A stretch of DNA of 64,000 nucleotides, taken from IMG/VR virus record IMGVR_UViG_3300029922_000004. The stretch is one strand, 5' to 3'. Origin of the DNA: a virus. Below the pieces are notes generated by a model, which was not told where the DNA came from, searched no databases, and worked only from the letters and a program-made list of their open reading frames with translations. Positions within the stretch are counted from its first letter, which is position 1; each line of letters starts with the position of its first letter. A program made the translations under genes and the position numbers. Positions 56,121 through 64,000 of this stretch are shown here, in pieces.

Positions 56121-56869
56121 GCTAAATTTCCACTCCCATATTTAGTTTTTCTCTTAGGATAATATTCTGTAAATTGATGAACGAGGGGACAATTCGTATT
56201 AACCCAATTAGGATTACGATTACATTCTACGATGTCGGGGTTAAAAGTTTCAGATTCTCCTATTAAAGAAAATATGGAGGGAAGTAAAACATCATGCGCG
56301 AACATAGCATAAAATGCCGCGCACATTTCGTCAAGAATAGTAGGGTATTTGTTTAAGATTTCCATCGCTTGCAAAAACTTAAACGCATTGAAAACGCAGG
56401 GCGTTGCTCCCCACTTGTCAATCGGTTTTCCGCCGTACTTTAATAAAACTTGATTAAGTTTATCTAATTGCCCTTGATTAACATTTATTCGCGAGCCAAG
56501 CAACGCCACTCCGTCAGGAATCGTCAATTGTCCGCGAACTAAAGCATCAGGGTCTAACATAAGAATATAGTCAGAATTTAAGAAGGGAATAGCAGAATTC
56601 AGCCGATTAATTACGTCCAATGTTGCTCTTTTAACTGCTCCGGGGTGAAAAGCATCTACTTTGCCTTTAAGGGCTACGCTTAAATGGTCTTCTTCTTTAG
56701 TTGCTAAGAGATTCATTGTCTCTGTCTCTAAGAATTTGAAATTTATATTTCCTTCGTAGAATAACCGAATTGGAATTCCGGGGTAGACCCGTTTTAAATA
56801 GAAGATTGAAACTCGCGTGGCTTCAAGTTCGTCAAAACATGTAAAGTAGACTCCTAGTTTATTTTTCAT
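56117..56869 (-). CDS. Glycosyltransferase-like protein (GT-A, DxD)
   Basis: YILMLDPDALV DxD-type motif; located in the sugar cluster. Confidence 0.5.
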   Translation of the reverse strand: MKNKLGVYFTCFDELEATRVSIFYLKRVYPGIPIRLFYEGNINFKFLETETMNLLATKEEDHLSVALKGKVDAFHPGAVKRATLDVINRLNSAIPFLNSDYILMLDPDALVRGQLTIPDGVALLGSRINVNQGQLDKLNQVLLKYGGKPIDKWGATPCVFNAFKFLQAMEILNKYPTILDEMCAAFYAMFAHDVLLPSIFSLIGESETFNPDIVECNRNPNWVNTNCPLVHQFTEYYPKRKTKYGSGNLA

Positions 56870-57812
56870 TCAGGTAGCTATTATACTTCGCGGCGATATT
56901 TTTCCAATCAAATTCGGCGGCATAATCTACTATTTCTTGCCGATGACTGACTGAATAAAGCCCATTTTCATGTATGGTATATTGTATAAAATCATAATTG
57001 TTTAATTGACTATCCGGTATAACGGATATGAACTTCTTCGATAAATCAAGGTTTTCAATGCAAGCCTCTGAGATAACTAAACCAAGGCTAGATGCCAAGG
57101 CTTCGAGACATACTAAAGGTTGTAATTCAGATTCAGACAAAAGAATTAAATTAGTAAAATGGGGGAGTTTATTATAAACATCTTCCCTTGACCATTCCCC
57201 AAGATAATTCCTATCTTTGATGTCAAAATCAGGAGATTCGTTTTTCCCAGCGAAGAATAATTGAGGTATTTTTGCTTTTTGGAGTTGGGCTTGTCTTTTC
57301 CGGGCGTCTATTTTCCCTAAACAGATACTGTTGCCGAATATAAAGTCATTCCCGCCGGTTTTTTTTGTAAGGTTTATCCAAGGTTTAAAATCTGATATAC
57401 TGACACCGTTGGGGAGTATTTTGATTCTATTAGGTGATATACCGAGTTTAATTAGGAAATCTTTCTCGAACTTGGTGAGACTAAAAAATTCGCAATCATA
57501 GAGGTATTTTCTAACTACCATTTCGTGAAGTCTAATCGAGTGTTTATAGCTTCCGTCGTGACACGTGACAATTTTCCTGCATCCAAAATGTGGTAAAATT
57601 TCATAATGACAGCCATAGTGGAGGTGGATTACGTCAGGATTCACCGACTCAACTTTATCATAAGTGGCCGCAGCAGTCTTTTCATTAATGATAATCGTTT
57701 CGTGACCGAGTGTTTTTAATTGCTCGCTTTGATTATAAACCACGGTTTCCAAAGCTCCCCATGAACGAGGAGGAATTTCGATTTGACCCGGTGCTATAAA
57801 ACAGATTTTCAC
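56859..57812 (-). CDS. GT4-family glycosyltransferase
   Basis: IPPRSWGALETVV, ILPNGV, ICLGKIDARKRQ, LLSESELQPLVCLEALASSL. Confidence 0.85.
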   Translation of the reverse strand: MKICFIAPGQIEIPPRSWGALETVVYNQSEQLKTLGHETIIINEKTAAATYDKVESVNPDVIHLHYGCHYEILPHFGCRKIVTCHDGSYKHSIRLHEMVVRKYLYDCEFFSLTKFEKDFLIKLGISPNRIKILPNGVSISDFKPWINLTKKTGGNDFIFGNSICLGKIDARKRQAQLQKAKIPQLFFAGKNESPDFDIKDRNYLGEWSREDVYNKLPHFTNLILLSESELQPLVCLEALASSLGLVISEACIENLDLSKKFISVIPDSQLNNYDFIQYTIHENGLYSVSHRQEIVDYAAEFDWKNIAAKYNSYLNEK

Positions 57813-58034
57813 TTAAATTAATGTTAGTTTATAATAAAAAGACGGATGACAAATCAGTGAATCGTTGCCTATATAATATGCTGTAGGATTATAAACAAAG
57901 TTCTTTTCTTGTTTGGCCCACTTATTGCGGATGCGCTTCTTTTTTGTCCTTGGAAAACGATTCTGTCTTCGTTCCATACAAAGGTCGGATTGGATAATCT
58001 TTATGCCTAAAAAATTAGGAATTATAGAGTCCAT
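57813..58034 (-). CDS. Hypothetical basic protein
   Basis: 73 aa, FPRTKKKRIRNKW; tightly packed. Confidence 0.55.
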   Translation of the reverse strand: MDSIIPNFLGIKIIQSDLCMERRQNRFPRTKKKRIRNKWAKQEKNFVYNPTAYYIGNDSLICHPSFYYKLTLI

Positions 58035-58989
58035 TATATTTCTCCAATACCCTCTTAAGATATTCCATTTGATTTTCTACATCCAATATAAGACCGGCAA
58101 AATTCTTCTGTTTCTCTATTAGTTCGGCGGCAGAAAATTCAAAATACATAGCCAATTCATCAAAATTATTAAAATGTTGGATTATACTATCTTTACAAAG
58201 GGTAGGTAGGATTCTTTCTTTTAGGATAAATGGATGATACCAGCTTACTTGATTGCATAGGCTTGACTGTAAATGTATTAGTAGACTATTGGAGTTCATA
58301 GCCCAAGGGATTCGGTCGAAAGAATTTGTATTTCCGTCAATATTTAAAATGTATTTATATTTAAGTTGCTCTTGGATGCTGCAATAATGACTCCCAATTA
58401 AATCCATATCAATTCCGCGATTGCCTAACATTTCTTTGTTAAAGTGAACAAAATTTGTAACCTTGGCGTAGATTCGGGGGTGAAGGTCTGGGGCGTGGCA
58501 AAAATCTATGCGTTGATTGGTTAGATTATCGTTAATAGCCCCCGTGTCAGAGCCTACAAAGATTAATTTATCTTGTTTGTTTTTAAAGGACAAGGTATCA
58601 ACAATTTCGGGGTTGTTAATATATCTAAAAATGTGAGGGTCAGGAATTTGTATGTGATTTGAATCGGGCGCGGCAGAGAAGCAAAGGCGCGTATATTTTT
58701 CATCAGGAGCGACTCCATCCCCGGCGGAAATTATAATCTTGCAGTCCAGATTTAAATTATGTTTCTTAATGACTTCGGTGAATAATCCCCAAACGAAGCC
58801 TACCCTTAATTTATCTTGAGAATTACTAGCCCCGATTATTTTCATCGTCTGACCCTTTATTTCCAAAGCAAATTCCAAGTCGCGGAGAGGCCAATTTTCG
58901 CGGCAACGTAAATGCCGGATACAATTATGTTCGAAATTCTTTTCGAGGCAAAAATCTATGAGTTCTTTACTTGTGTATGAAGTAGACAT
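58015..58989 (-). CDS. GT90 (CAP10/KDELC-like) glycosyltransferase
   Basis: KLIFVGSDTG...QRIDF, QLKYKYILNIDGNTNSFDRIPWAMNSNSLLI, WYHPF. Confidence 0.7.
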   Translation of the reverse strand: MSTSYTSKELIDFCLEKNFEHNCIRHLRCRENWPLRDLEFALEIKGQTMKIIGASNSQDKLRVGFVWGLFTEVIKKHNLNLDCKIIISAGDGVAPDEKYTRLCFSAAPDSNHIQIPDPHIFRYINNPEIVDTLSFKNKQDKLIFVGSDTGAINDNLTNQRIDFCHAPDLHPRIYAKVTNFVHFNKEMLGNRGIDMDLIGSHYCSIQEQLKYKYILNIDGNTNSFDRIPWAMNSNSLLIHLQSSLCNQVSWYHPFILKERILPTLCKDSIIQHFNNFDELAMYFEFSAAELIEKQKNFAGLILDVENQMEYLKRVLEKYNGLYNS

Positions 58990-59710
58990 CTTTCCTTTCT
59001 AGTTCGTAGTTTTTGAAGCGGCTCGTAAAAGGTTCCCCGATAAGCAGTTTTTTATCAGCTAGTAAATGGCGGAATGTATAATTACCCGTCCAAATGTCAG
59101 AATTAAACGTAGGTGTACCAATTTTGATACGTTCTCGACAGAGGGTATTAAGAAAAAGCATAGTATTTTCGTAATTACCGCCGATTACGCCCATGTTTAT
59201 CAACTCCCATTCGTATTGGTTGACGAAAAATGACATGTAATTCTCCCATCCGACCTTTTGATGGAATTGTAAATATGGAAATTGGAAAAGTTTAATGCTG
59301 TCCTTGCAGATGAAGTAATCCATTTCGGGGAAATCTTGTAGGATTTGGGAGGGGTCTTTTACTACTGTAACGTCCGAGGAGTCCGTCATAAAGACTGAAT
59401 CAAATTTATTGTTTTCGAGATAATTGCGGTAATAGAAAAAACGTCCGTCGTTATATGAGTAGGGCGAGTCTTCTACATAAATAAATTGAATACCGGGCGT
59501 GGTATATTTTACAACAAATTCAGGGGTAAGGTTGTCGTAGAAAATGCGAACTTGTAAATTGAGATTTTTAACTGATTCGTAAAAACCGCCGATGTAAGAA
59601 ATATCGTTTTGTTTTACGCGCCCATCTTCTGCCATTCCCTTCAAATCAGGGTCTCCCATTTGGGGGTGTTGGCGTTTGCTGAAATATGTGGTAAGAATAA
59701 CTGATGACAT
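58967..59710 (-). CDS. Glycosyltransferase-like protein
   Basis: NDGRFFYY, VFMTDSSDVTVVKDP, INMGVIGG, YFIHK; GT-A-like, in the sugar cluster. Confidence 0.5.
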   Translation of the reverse strand: MSSVILTTYFSKRQHPQMGDPDLKGMAEDGRVKQNDISYIGGFYESVKNLNLQVRIFYDNLTPEFVVKYTTPGIQFIYVEDSPYSYNDGRFFYYRNYLENNKFDSVFMTDSSDVTVVKDPSQILQDFPEMDYFICKDSIKLFQFPYLQFHQKVGWENYMSFFVNQYEWELINMGVIGGNYENTMLFLNTLCRERIKIGTPTFNSDIWTGNYTFRHLLADKKLLIGEPFTSRFKNYELERKDVYFIHK

Positions 59711-59712
59711 AA

Positions 59713-59907
59713 TTATTCTCCGAAAACATCATCTATTAATTCAAAGGGGCATTGATTATATTTCTTTTGAAATTTTTTGGTCAAGGTAAGAAGACCCATG
59801 GAATACTGGCCGCGAGATTTAATGGATTTTAATTTGTTTATTTTTTGAATAAGTTTGATTATCTCAAACAAATCCTGACCCTTTTGAGTTTTACTAAAGG
59901 CATACAT
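59713..59907 (-). CDS. Hypothetical protein
   Basis: 64 aa with its own sigma70 promoter. Confidence 0.55.
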   Translation of the reverse strand: MYAFSKTQKGQDLFEIIKLIQKINKLKSIKSRGQYSMGLLTLTKKFQKKYNQCPFELIDDVFGE

Positions 59908-59913
59908 AAGATA

Positions 59914-59943
59914 ATATTAGCCTACATTTCGTAAAATGTCAAG
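59914..59943 (-). promoter_or_regulatory. Sigma70-type promoter
   Basis: C-TTGACA-17 nt (TTTTACGAAATGTAGGC)-TAATAT, 6 nt before the ATG at 59907. Confidence 0.75.
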
Positions 59944-59945
59944 GA

Positions 59946-60350
59946 TTAAATGAGGAATTTTTCTTGCTTCTTACGATGGGGATGTTTCGCGCCCTTAGTT
60001 TTTTCAGAATACTTTTGTTCAGCCTTGACGCGGACTTCATCTACGCCGGACATTCCCTCTCGTTTCTCGGAACACTCCTGACTAAGTGACCAAAGTTCTC
60101 CTAAATTGTAATTTTTGCCGCGCGTTTTATCGACGAATGACTTTTTATCGTTTGGGTCTATGACGGAATTAATTGCTACTTGGGGGTTTACAAATTGTCT
60201 CTCCCATACAACTCCCTTTTCATCAGTAAAGATATGCTCTTCGCTCATCCTCTGAACGACTTCCTTTACCTCTTTGGTAACTGGGTGTTGGAACGTGTAG
60301 AGTGGGATAATATTACTTGGAGTAACTAAAACGAATCTTGGCGGGGTCAA
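59946..60350 (-). CDS. Hypothetical protein, FmdB-like N-terminus (start uncertain)
   Basis: PLYTFQHPVTKEVKEVVQRMSEEH...WERQF. No ATG in frame before this motif; TTG at 60350 or ATT/ATC at 60311/60308. Confidence 0.6.
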   Translation of the reverse strand: MTPPRFVLVTPSNIIPLYTFQHPVTKEVKEVVQRMSEEHIFTDEKGVVWERQFVNPQVAINSVIDPNDKKSFVDKTRGKNYNLGELWSLSQECSEKREGMSGVDEVRVKAEQKYSEKTKGAKHPHRKKQEKFLI

Positions 60351-60492
60351 ATGGAACCCACTTATTGTCCTTATTTAAAACTTCTGTTTTGATATCGGCG
60401 GGTGTCGCGGTGATGTTTTCTACCTTGAGGGCGGCGACGATAAGGTCGACGGTCTCTGTTCCTAGTTGTTCAGCATTTATCTTGATTTGCAT
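60313..60492 (-). CDS. Hypothetical 59-aa protein (not in the ORF track)
   Basis: ATG 60492 to TAA 60313: MQIKINAEQLGTETVDLIVAALKVENITATPADIKTEVLNKDNKWVPFDPAKIRFSYSK. Fills the gap on the coding strand. Confidence 0.7.
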   Translation of the reverse strand: MQIKINAEQLGTETVDLIVAALKVENITATPADIKTEVLNKDNKWVPFDPAKIRFSYSK

Positions 60493-60561
60493 ATATGTTT
60501 TGTTTTTGTGTCTTTTTTGATTTGAAAATACATTTTTTCTATCCTTGGCTCTCTAATATCA

Positions 60562-60780
60562 TCAAGGATTATTCATGTCGGGAAATTCTTCGGGTTTAAC
60601 GGTCTCAGGTTCTCCAGAGTTTACTTTAATATGGCATGAGCATAAATTACCAGAACCCGGTTTATCCCAAAGTCCGAGGTTATTTGCTAGAAAACGCTTA
60701 ATAGATTTTGATATCTTCCTGAATAAAATTTTCTTTTTAGTCTTAATCTTCGCCCTTGGAATTACGTGAATGTTACCCAT
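60562..60780 (-). CDS. Hypothetical protein
   Basis: 72 aa, Lys-rich, LCSCH motif. Confidence 0.5.
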   Translation of the reverse strand: MGNIHVIPRAKIKTKKKILFRKISKSIKRFLANNLGLWDKPGSGNLCSCHIKVNSGEPETVKPEEFPDMNNP

Positions 60781-60793
60781 ACTTATTATACGT

Positions 60794-61522
60794 TTATTCT
60801 ACAAAATTATCTGATAGACTCTTCTTTGAAGCCCAGAAAAGTACCCTGTCTTGGTTACTAGGAACGCTGCCGGGAATGTCTTGATTCCAAACCTTGGTCG
60901 GCGGGGCTGATTTAAAATTCGAGAAACCTTTTAAACTCATTTGTTTCTTGAAATCCAATAATTGTTCGTCAGTCACCGTAATCTCGCCGCAGCAAGCCTC
61001 CACGTTCGTTTCTAGCGACTTTGATGCTAAAAGTATCTCCCGCTCGGCATATCCAATCGCGAGCTTTAAAATGTCAATCTGCTCGTTAAAACAGTAGTTT
61101 TGGAGGATTGTATCAAGGGTTTGGCATTGACAAGGATAAAAATTGCCGTCTTTAACAGTAGAAAGGCCAATATTCGCGTGGTCAAAATACAACCCGTCAA
61201 ACAATTGCGGAGGGGCGAATTCTCCCAAAATTGAGTGAGTATAAACGCCGATTTGGTAAGGCGTGACTTTGCCCGCAAAATTCGGGGTATAGACGTTTTT
61301 GAGGAGAACGGCAAAGTTATCTATAAATGGCTCCAGACAATATACTTTTCTCGCCCCAAGAGAAAGCGCGGTAAAAACGAAGTAGCCAGCATGGGAACCG
61401 ATGTCTACAACTATGGGGTGGGTTTCTTTGTGGCCTTTGAGATTATAGCGATTATTGAAGAATACGTCTTCGAAGACTTTGGAATCGTTAGAAAAACTTC
61501 TAGTTATGATTTCGGGGGTCAT
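60794..61522 (-). CDS. FkbM-family methyltransferase
   Basis: VFEDVFFNNRY, VVDIGSHAGYF, VYCLEP, IDILKLAIGYAE. Confidence 0.8.
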   Translation of the reverse strand: MTPEIITRSFSNDSKVFEDVFFNNRYNLKGHKETHPIVVDIGSHAGYFVFTALSLGARKVYCLEPFIDNFAVLLKNVYTPNFAGKVTPYQIGVYTHSILGEFAPPQLFDGLYFDHANIGLSTVKDGNFYPCQCQTLDTILQNYCFNEQIDILKLAIGYAEREILLASKSLETNVEACCGEITVTDEQLLDFKKQMSLKGFSNFKSAPPTKVWNQDIPGSVPSNQDRVLFWASKKSLSDNFVE

Positions 61523-61704
61523 ATATCATCAAGAGCGTCTCTGATTTCGTCTTTATCGTCAGACAACTCTTCAAACTTACGCGAAGTATGACTGCGGTTT
61601 CCATCAATATAACCGCCTGCGCCCGGAATCGCATCCTTGACTAAGGAGATGGGTGAAGTTGCTATATCAAGGCCAGTTTTAAGTATTTTACCGAAGAGTC
61701 CCAT
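61519..61704 (-). CDS. Hypothetical protein
   Basis: MGLFGKILKTGLDIATSPISLVKDAIPGAGG...; ATG at 61704, 1 nt after the upstream stop. Confidence 0.6.
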   Translation of the reverse strand: MGLFGKILKTGLDIATSPISLVKDAIPGAGGYIDGNRSHTSRKFEELSDDKDEIRDALDDI

Positions 61705-61705
61705 A

Positions 61706-62803
61706 TTAGTTAAACGTCGCCAATACTGCATCCACAAATTTTTCCTTTGAGAAGTCGGTTTGTAACTTTAATCCGGCGTGGTTGATACGGTCTTTTTGGA
61801 CTCGTTGAATGGCTGATTCGCAACCAGCGATGAAGGCGTCTTCGGTGAACGAGAAAATATTACCAAGATTATAATTTCCAGTAGGCTGAAAAAACATACC
61901 ATCAACCGCTGACTCCATACCAGAAGGTTCGACTAATACCGAATTTTCGGGGGTTGCCCATTCTTTGTGACCGTTGCAATTTAGAATAACTGCGTGTTTC
62001 CCCATGCCTACTGCATGGAAAGCTGGAAGGCTCCACGATTCCGTACCAAGGCTCACAATAATATTACAAGAATTTAAAAATTCATTATATAATTGATTCT
62101 GGGCGAGGGGAGGATAGAAGTTGACGTTGAAGGGCTTTGGTTGTCCTTGTAACATTTGACCAATTAACTGTTGGTTCTGCTGTTCGTTTAAAAAAGGGTT
62201 ATATATCGCGCATTGCAGAGCATACTTAGGATTATTGCCGTATTTACGAATCCATGCCGGAATCGCCTTCGGAAATCCCTTCCTTTTCTCCCATTTTCCC
62301 GCGAAACAGGTTACTATTCGGTCGTCATTGTGATACTTTTTATTAATGGTTTTATAAGAGTAGTTGTCGAAACCTAACTGCAAAAATTGCGTATCTACTT
62401 CCACTGATTTAAAAACATCACAAGTATATTTTGAAGTAAAGTAAGTTTTGTTATTCCTAGCCGCGTTCCTCTCTGGAAGTGTGGGGCTATCCAATTCATA
62501 GAATGAAAGCAATGTCTGATTTTTAGAAAACGATTGAACACCGCCCGAAAGATGCCAGAGCTTTAGACATGGAATTTCGCGGGAATAATTCTCTAGTCCG
62601 TTTTGAATCTTGGATTGAATCCATTTATTAAATTCTTCGTTGGGAACTTGGTTGGATAGGTCAACGTTGCCGATGGGGAAAAAGAAGATATCGTATTTTT
62701 GACCATTTGCCTTTTCTTGCTCGAAAATAGTACGGAGAAGAAGATATCCAATATTGCCGAAGGATAAGTTATTTAGAGCTAGTTCAAATGCGATTTTTTG
62801 CAT
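61706..62803 (-). CDS. GT4-like glycosyltransferase
   Basis: NNLSFGNIG, FLQLGFD, FAGKWEKRKG, ESWSLPAFHAVGMGK, GHKEWAT. Confidence 0.8.
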   Translation of the reverse strand: MQKIAFELALNNLSFGNIGYLLLRTIFEQEKANGQKYDIFFFPIGNVDLSNQVPNEEFNKWIQSKIQNGLENYSREIPCLKLWHLSGGVQSFSKNQTLLSFYELDSPTLPERNAARNNKTYFTSKYTCDVFKSVEVDTQFLQLGFDNYSYKTINKKYHNDDRIVTCFAGKWEKRKGFPKAIPAWIRKYGNNPKYALQCAIYNPFLNEQQNQQLIGQMLQGQPKPFNVNFYPPLAQNQLYNEFLNSCNIIVSLGTESWSLPAFHAVGMGKHAVILNCNGHKEWATPENSVLVEPSGMESAVDGMFFQPTGNYNLGNIFSFTEDAFIAGCESAIQRVQKDRINHAGLKLQTDFSKEKFVDAVLATFN

Positions 62804-62804
62804 C

Positions 62805-63086
62805 TTATGTATTTTCTTTTATAAACTTTTGGACTGCGCTCATGTCCCAGAGTTGTCCCAAGCCGTAATTCTTCCCACGGGTTTTATTAAAGTTCGCGTC
62901 AAAAACCGATTCGGCGGCGTTAGTCATATTCACCGCCAAATCCTCAGAAATCCAGCCATCCCAAAATCCCTCTTCCTCGGCGGCTTGTTCAAGAACTCCT
63001 ACAATTGCTAATTCCAATCTTGCTTTTAATTCAGTTTTCATAAAAAGTTGCGGAGCGATTTCTCGCCCCGCTCTTGGTATTGTCAC
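62805..63086 (-). CDS. Hypothetical protein
   Basis: 93 aa; the C-terminus shares KTRGKNYxLGxLW with the 59946 gene. Confidence 0.55.
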   Translation of the reverse strand: MTIPRAGREIAPQLFMKTELKARLELAIVGVLEQAAEEEGFWDGWISEDLAVNMTNAAESVFDANFNKTRGKNYGLGQLWDMSAVQKFIKENT

Positions 63087-63100
63087 GTTTCAGCTAAAAA

Positions 63101-63412
63101 TTAGATGATTTCGTCATCTGCAACGATTTCTTGCTGGACTTCTGCAACTTTCGTTGGAGCGACCGGTTTTGTAGCTACAACAGGTTCTTTAGGTTTAGAA
63201 AGATAAACGCGAAGGTCTGGATGATTCTCTGACTTCTTAAATTTATTCGTAAAAATTACGACGTTAATTTGCTTATTAATGCCGAGCGGCACTAAATTTA
63301 GAACACCCGTTAGATATTTTTGGGTTGCACTTTTTTTCGACCATAAGGCTCCAATCTCAATTTGGTCTGACTTGGGCTTCGTGGTCGCGGGGGCGGTTGT
63401 GGTTTCACTCAT
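63101..63412 (-). CDS. DUF736-like protein
   Basis: EIGALWSKKS...YLTG...VVIFTNKFKKSENHPDLRVYLS. Confidence 0.6.
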   Translation of the reverse strand: MSETTTAPATTKPKSDQIEIGALWSKKSATQKYLTGVLNLVPLGINKQINVVIFTNKFKKSENHPDLRVYLSKPKEPVVATKPVAPTKVAEVQQEIVADDEII

Positions 63413-63459
63413 AGTTTTTTGGTATTTTAGTTAATGTTTGTTCCAATTAAGGATATTCA

Positions 63460-63489
63460 ATCATAACCTACTTTTCAAATTTTGTCAAG
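63460..63489 (-). promoter_or_regulatory. Sigma70-type promoter
   Basis: C-TTGACA-17 nt (AAATTTGAAAAGTAGGT)-TATGAT, 47 nt before the ATG at 63412. Confidence 0.7.
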
Positions 63490-63552
63490 AACTATTTTTA
63501 GATTCCAATCCTAGATAGAAAATTAAGGATTTCTCCAATGAATAGCCTAATT

Positions 63553-63999
63553 TTAAACCAAATTTTCCAAATGTTCACAACTTTTAAGCTCGTCTCTGAG
63601 AAGAGTAAGTCCCTTTTTATGTAAAAGCATTGCGGTTTGTGGTGTAGTTTTTAATTTGTCAGCCACGTCCTGCCAAATCATCTTGCTTCGGCCACTATAG
63701 CGCAGTTTAAAAACCCTCTTAATTCTCTTATCGGGGATTTTAGATAATATATTAAAAATGTAGTCCTTGCTACCTTCCAGATTTCTGTGAGACTCAAAAT
63801 AATTGTGGTGAGTTTGCTTGTCTTCGATGTGACCGTGGAGTTCTTCGCTTGAAGAGGGGACTATAAGTTTTCTGGCCGCAATGCTGTTAAGACAAAGATA
63901 ACGCGCGTAATTCCCAATCCAAGAGGAAAGTTTGGTTTTCTTAGAGAGCTTAAAAGTATTAACACAATGTAAAATTAAAGTATCTCTCTCATCAAAAAT
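63553..63999 (-). CDS. Phage RNA polymerase sigma factor (sigma70 family), 3' part; start lies beyond the window; not in the ORF track
   Basis: Manual translation: ...HCVNTFKLSKKTKLSSWIGNYARYLCLNSI (region 2.3-2.4-like)...RIKRVFKLRY...WQDVADKLKTTPQTAMLLHKKGLTLLR (region 4 HTH), TAA at 63553. Confidence 0.8.
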   Translation of the reverse strand: MFDERDTLILHCVNTFKLSKKTKLSSWIGNYARYLCLNSIAARKLIVPSSSEELHGHIEDKQTHHNYFESHRNLEGSKDYIFNILSKIPDKRIKRVFKLRYSGRSKMIWQDVADKLKTTPQTAMLLHKKGLTLLRDELKSCEHLENLV

Positions 64000-64000
64000 G

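Noticed and set aside
60505-60590. Short inverted repeat CCTTG...CAAGG upstream of the 59-aa gene as a promoter or terminator
   Set aside because: Only 5 bp, no matching -10 box at 17 nt and no U-tract; not distinguishable from chance.
52276-62803. Bacterial chromosomal O-antigen or capsule locus (window being host DNA or a prophage boundary)
   Set aside because: No wzx/wzy/wzz or ABC exporter. The genes are interleaved with phage-type hypotheticals and use the same promoter signature as the replication genes.
1-64000. Stop-codon reassignment, tRNA genes, CRISPR arrays
   Set aside because: Code-11 ORFs tile the window with intact motifs and minimal gaps. No cloverleaf or regularly spaced repeat was seen in the few intergenic stretches (by eye; tRNAscan and CRISPR finders were not run).

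Overview
This is a 64-kb slice of a large (jumbo-type) tailed dsDNA phage genome. It is AT-rich and almost fully coding under code 11. I found no tRNA, rRNA or CRISPR array. Plus strand, virion modules: a 5'-truncated tape-measure protein of >2500 aa (8-7540), six tail/baseplate-type genes (8062-19504) and two ~1550-aa Cys/Ser/Thr/Gly-rich virion proteins (26210-35603). Minus strand, replication and recombination: a DnaE-type polymerase broken into a PHP gene, an N-part and a C-part joined by a naturally split intein, with an antisense GIY-YIG endonuclease between them. Also a DnaQ-like exonuclease, primase, DnaB, RecA/UvsX carrying a class 3 intein, a Rad52-like annealase, Nudix and GMP reductase. 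Minus strand, other: two glycosylation clusters (Gmd, a C-methyltransferase, two FkbM methyltransferases, about eight glycosyltransferase-like genes) and the 3' part of a sigma factor missing from the ORF track (63553-63999). Two promoter classes are readable directly: nine sigma70-type CTTGAC-N18-TANNNT promoters (17-nt spacer) sharing a spacer element, and a GTGTAAT box before virion and endonuclease genes. Both usually lie only 5-9 nt from the start codon. Most promising leads: (1) cargo domains, one a clear GNAT, strung inside the tape-measure protein between seven G(F/Y)xP repeats; (2) a 91-nt pseudoknot-capable leader on a homing endonuclease gene; (3) a possible virion O-glycosylation system pairing the sugar cluster with (S/T)-G-laden structural proteins; (4) a new split-intein allele in DnaE. 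All functional calls come from motif recognition by eye; no database searches were run.
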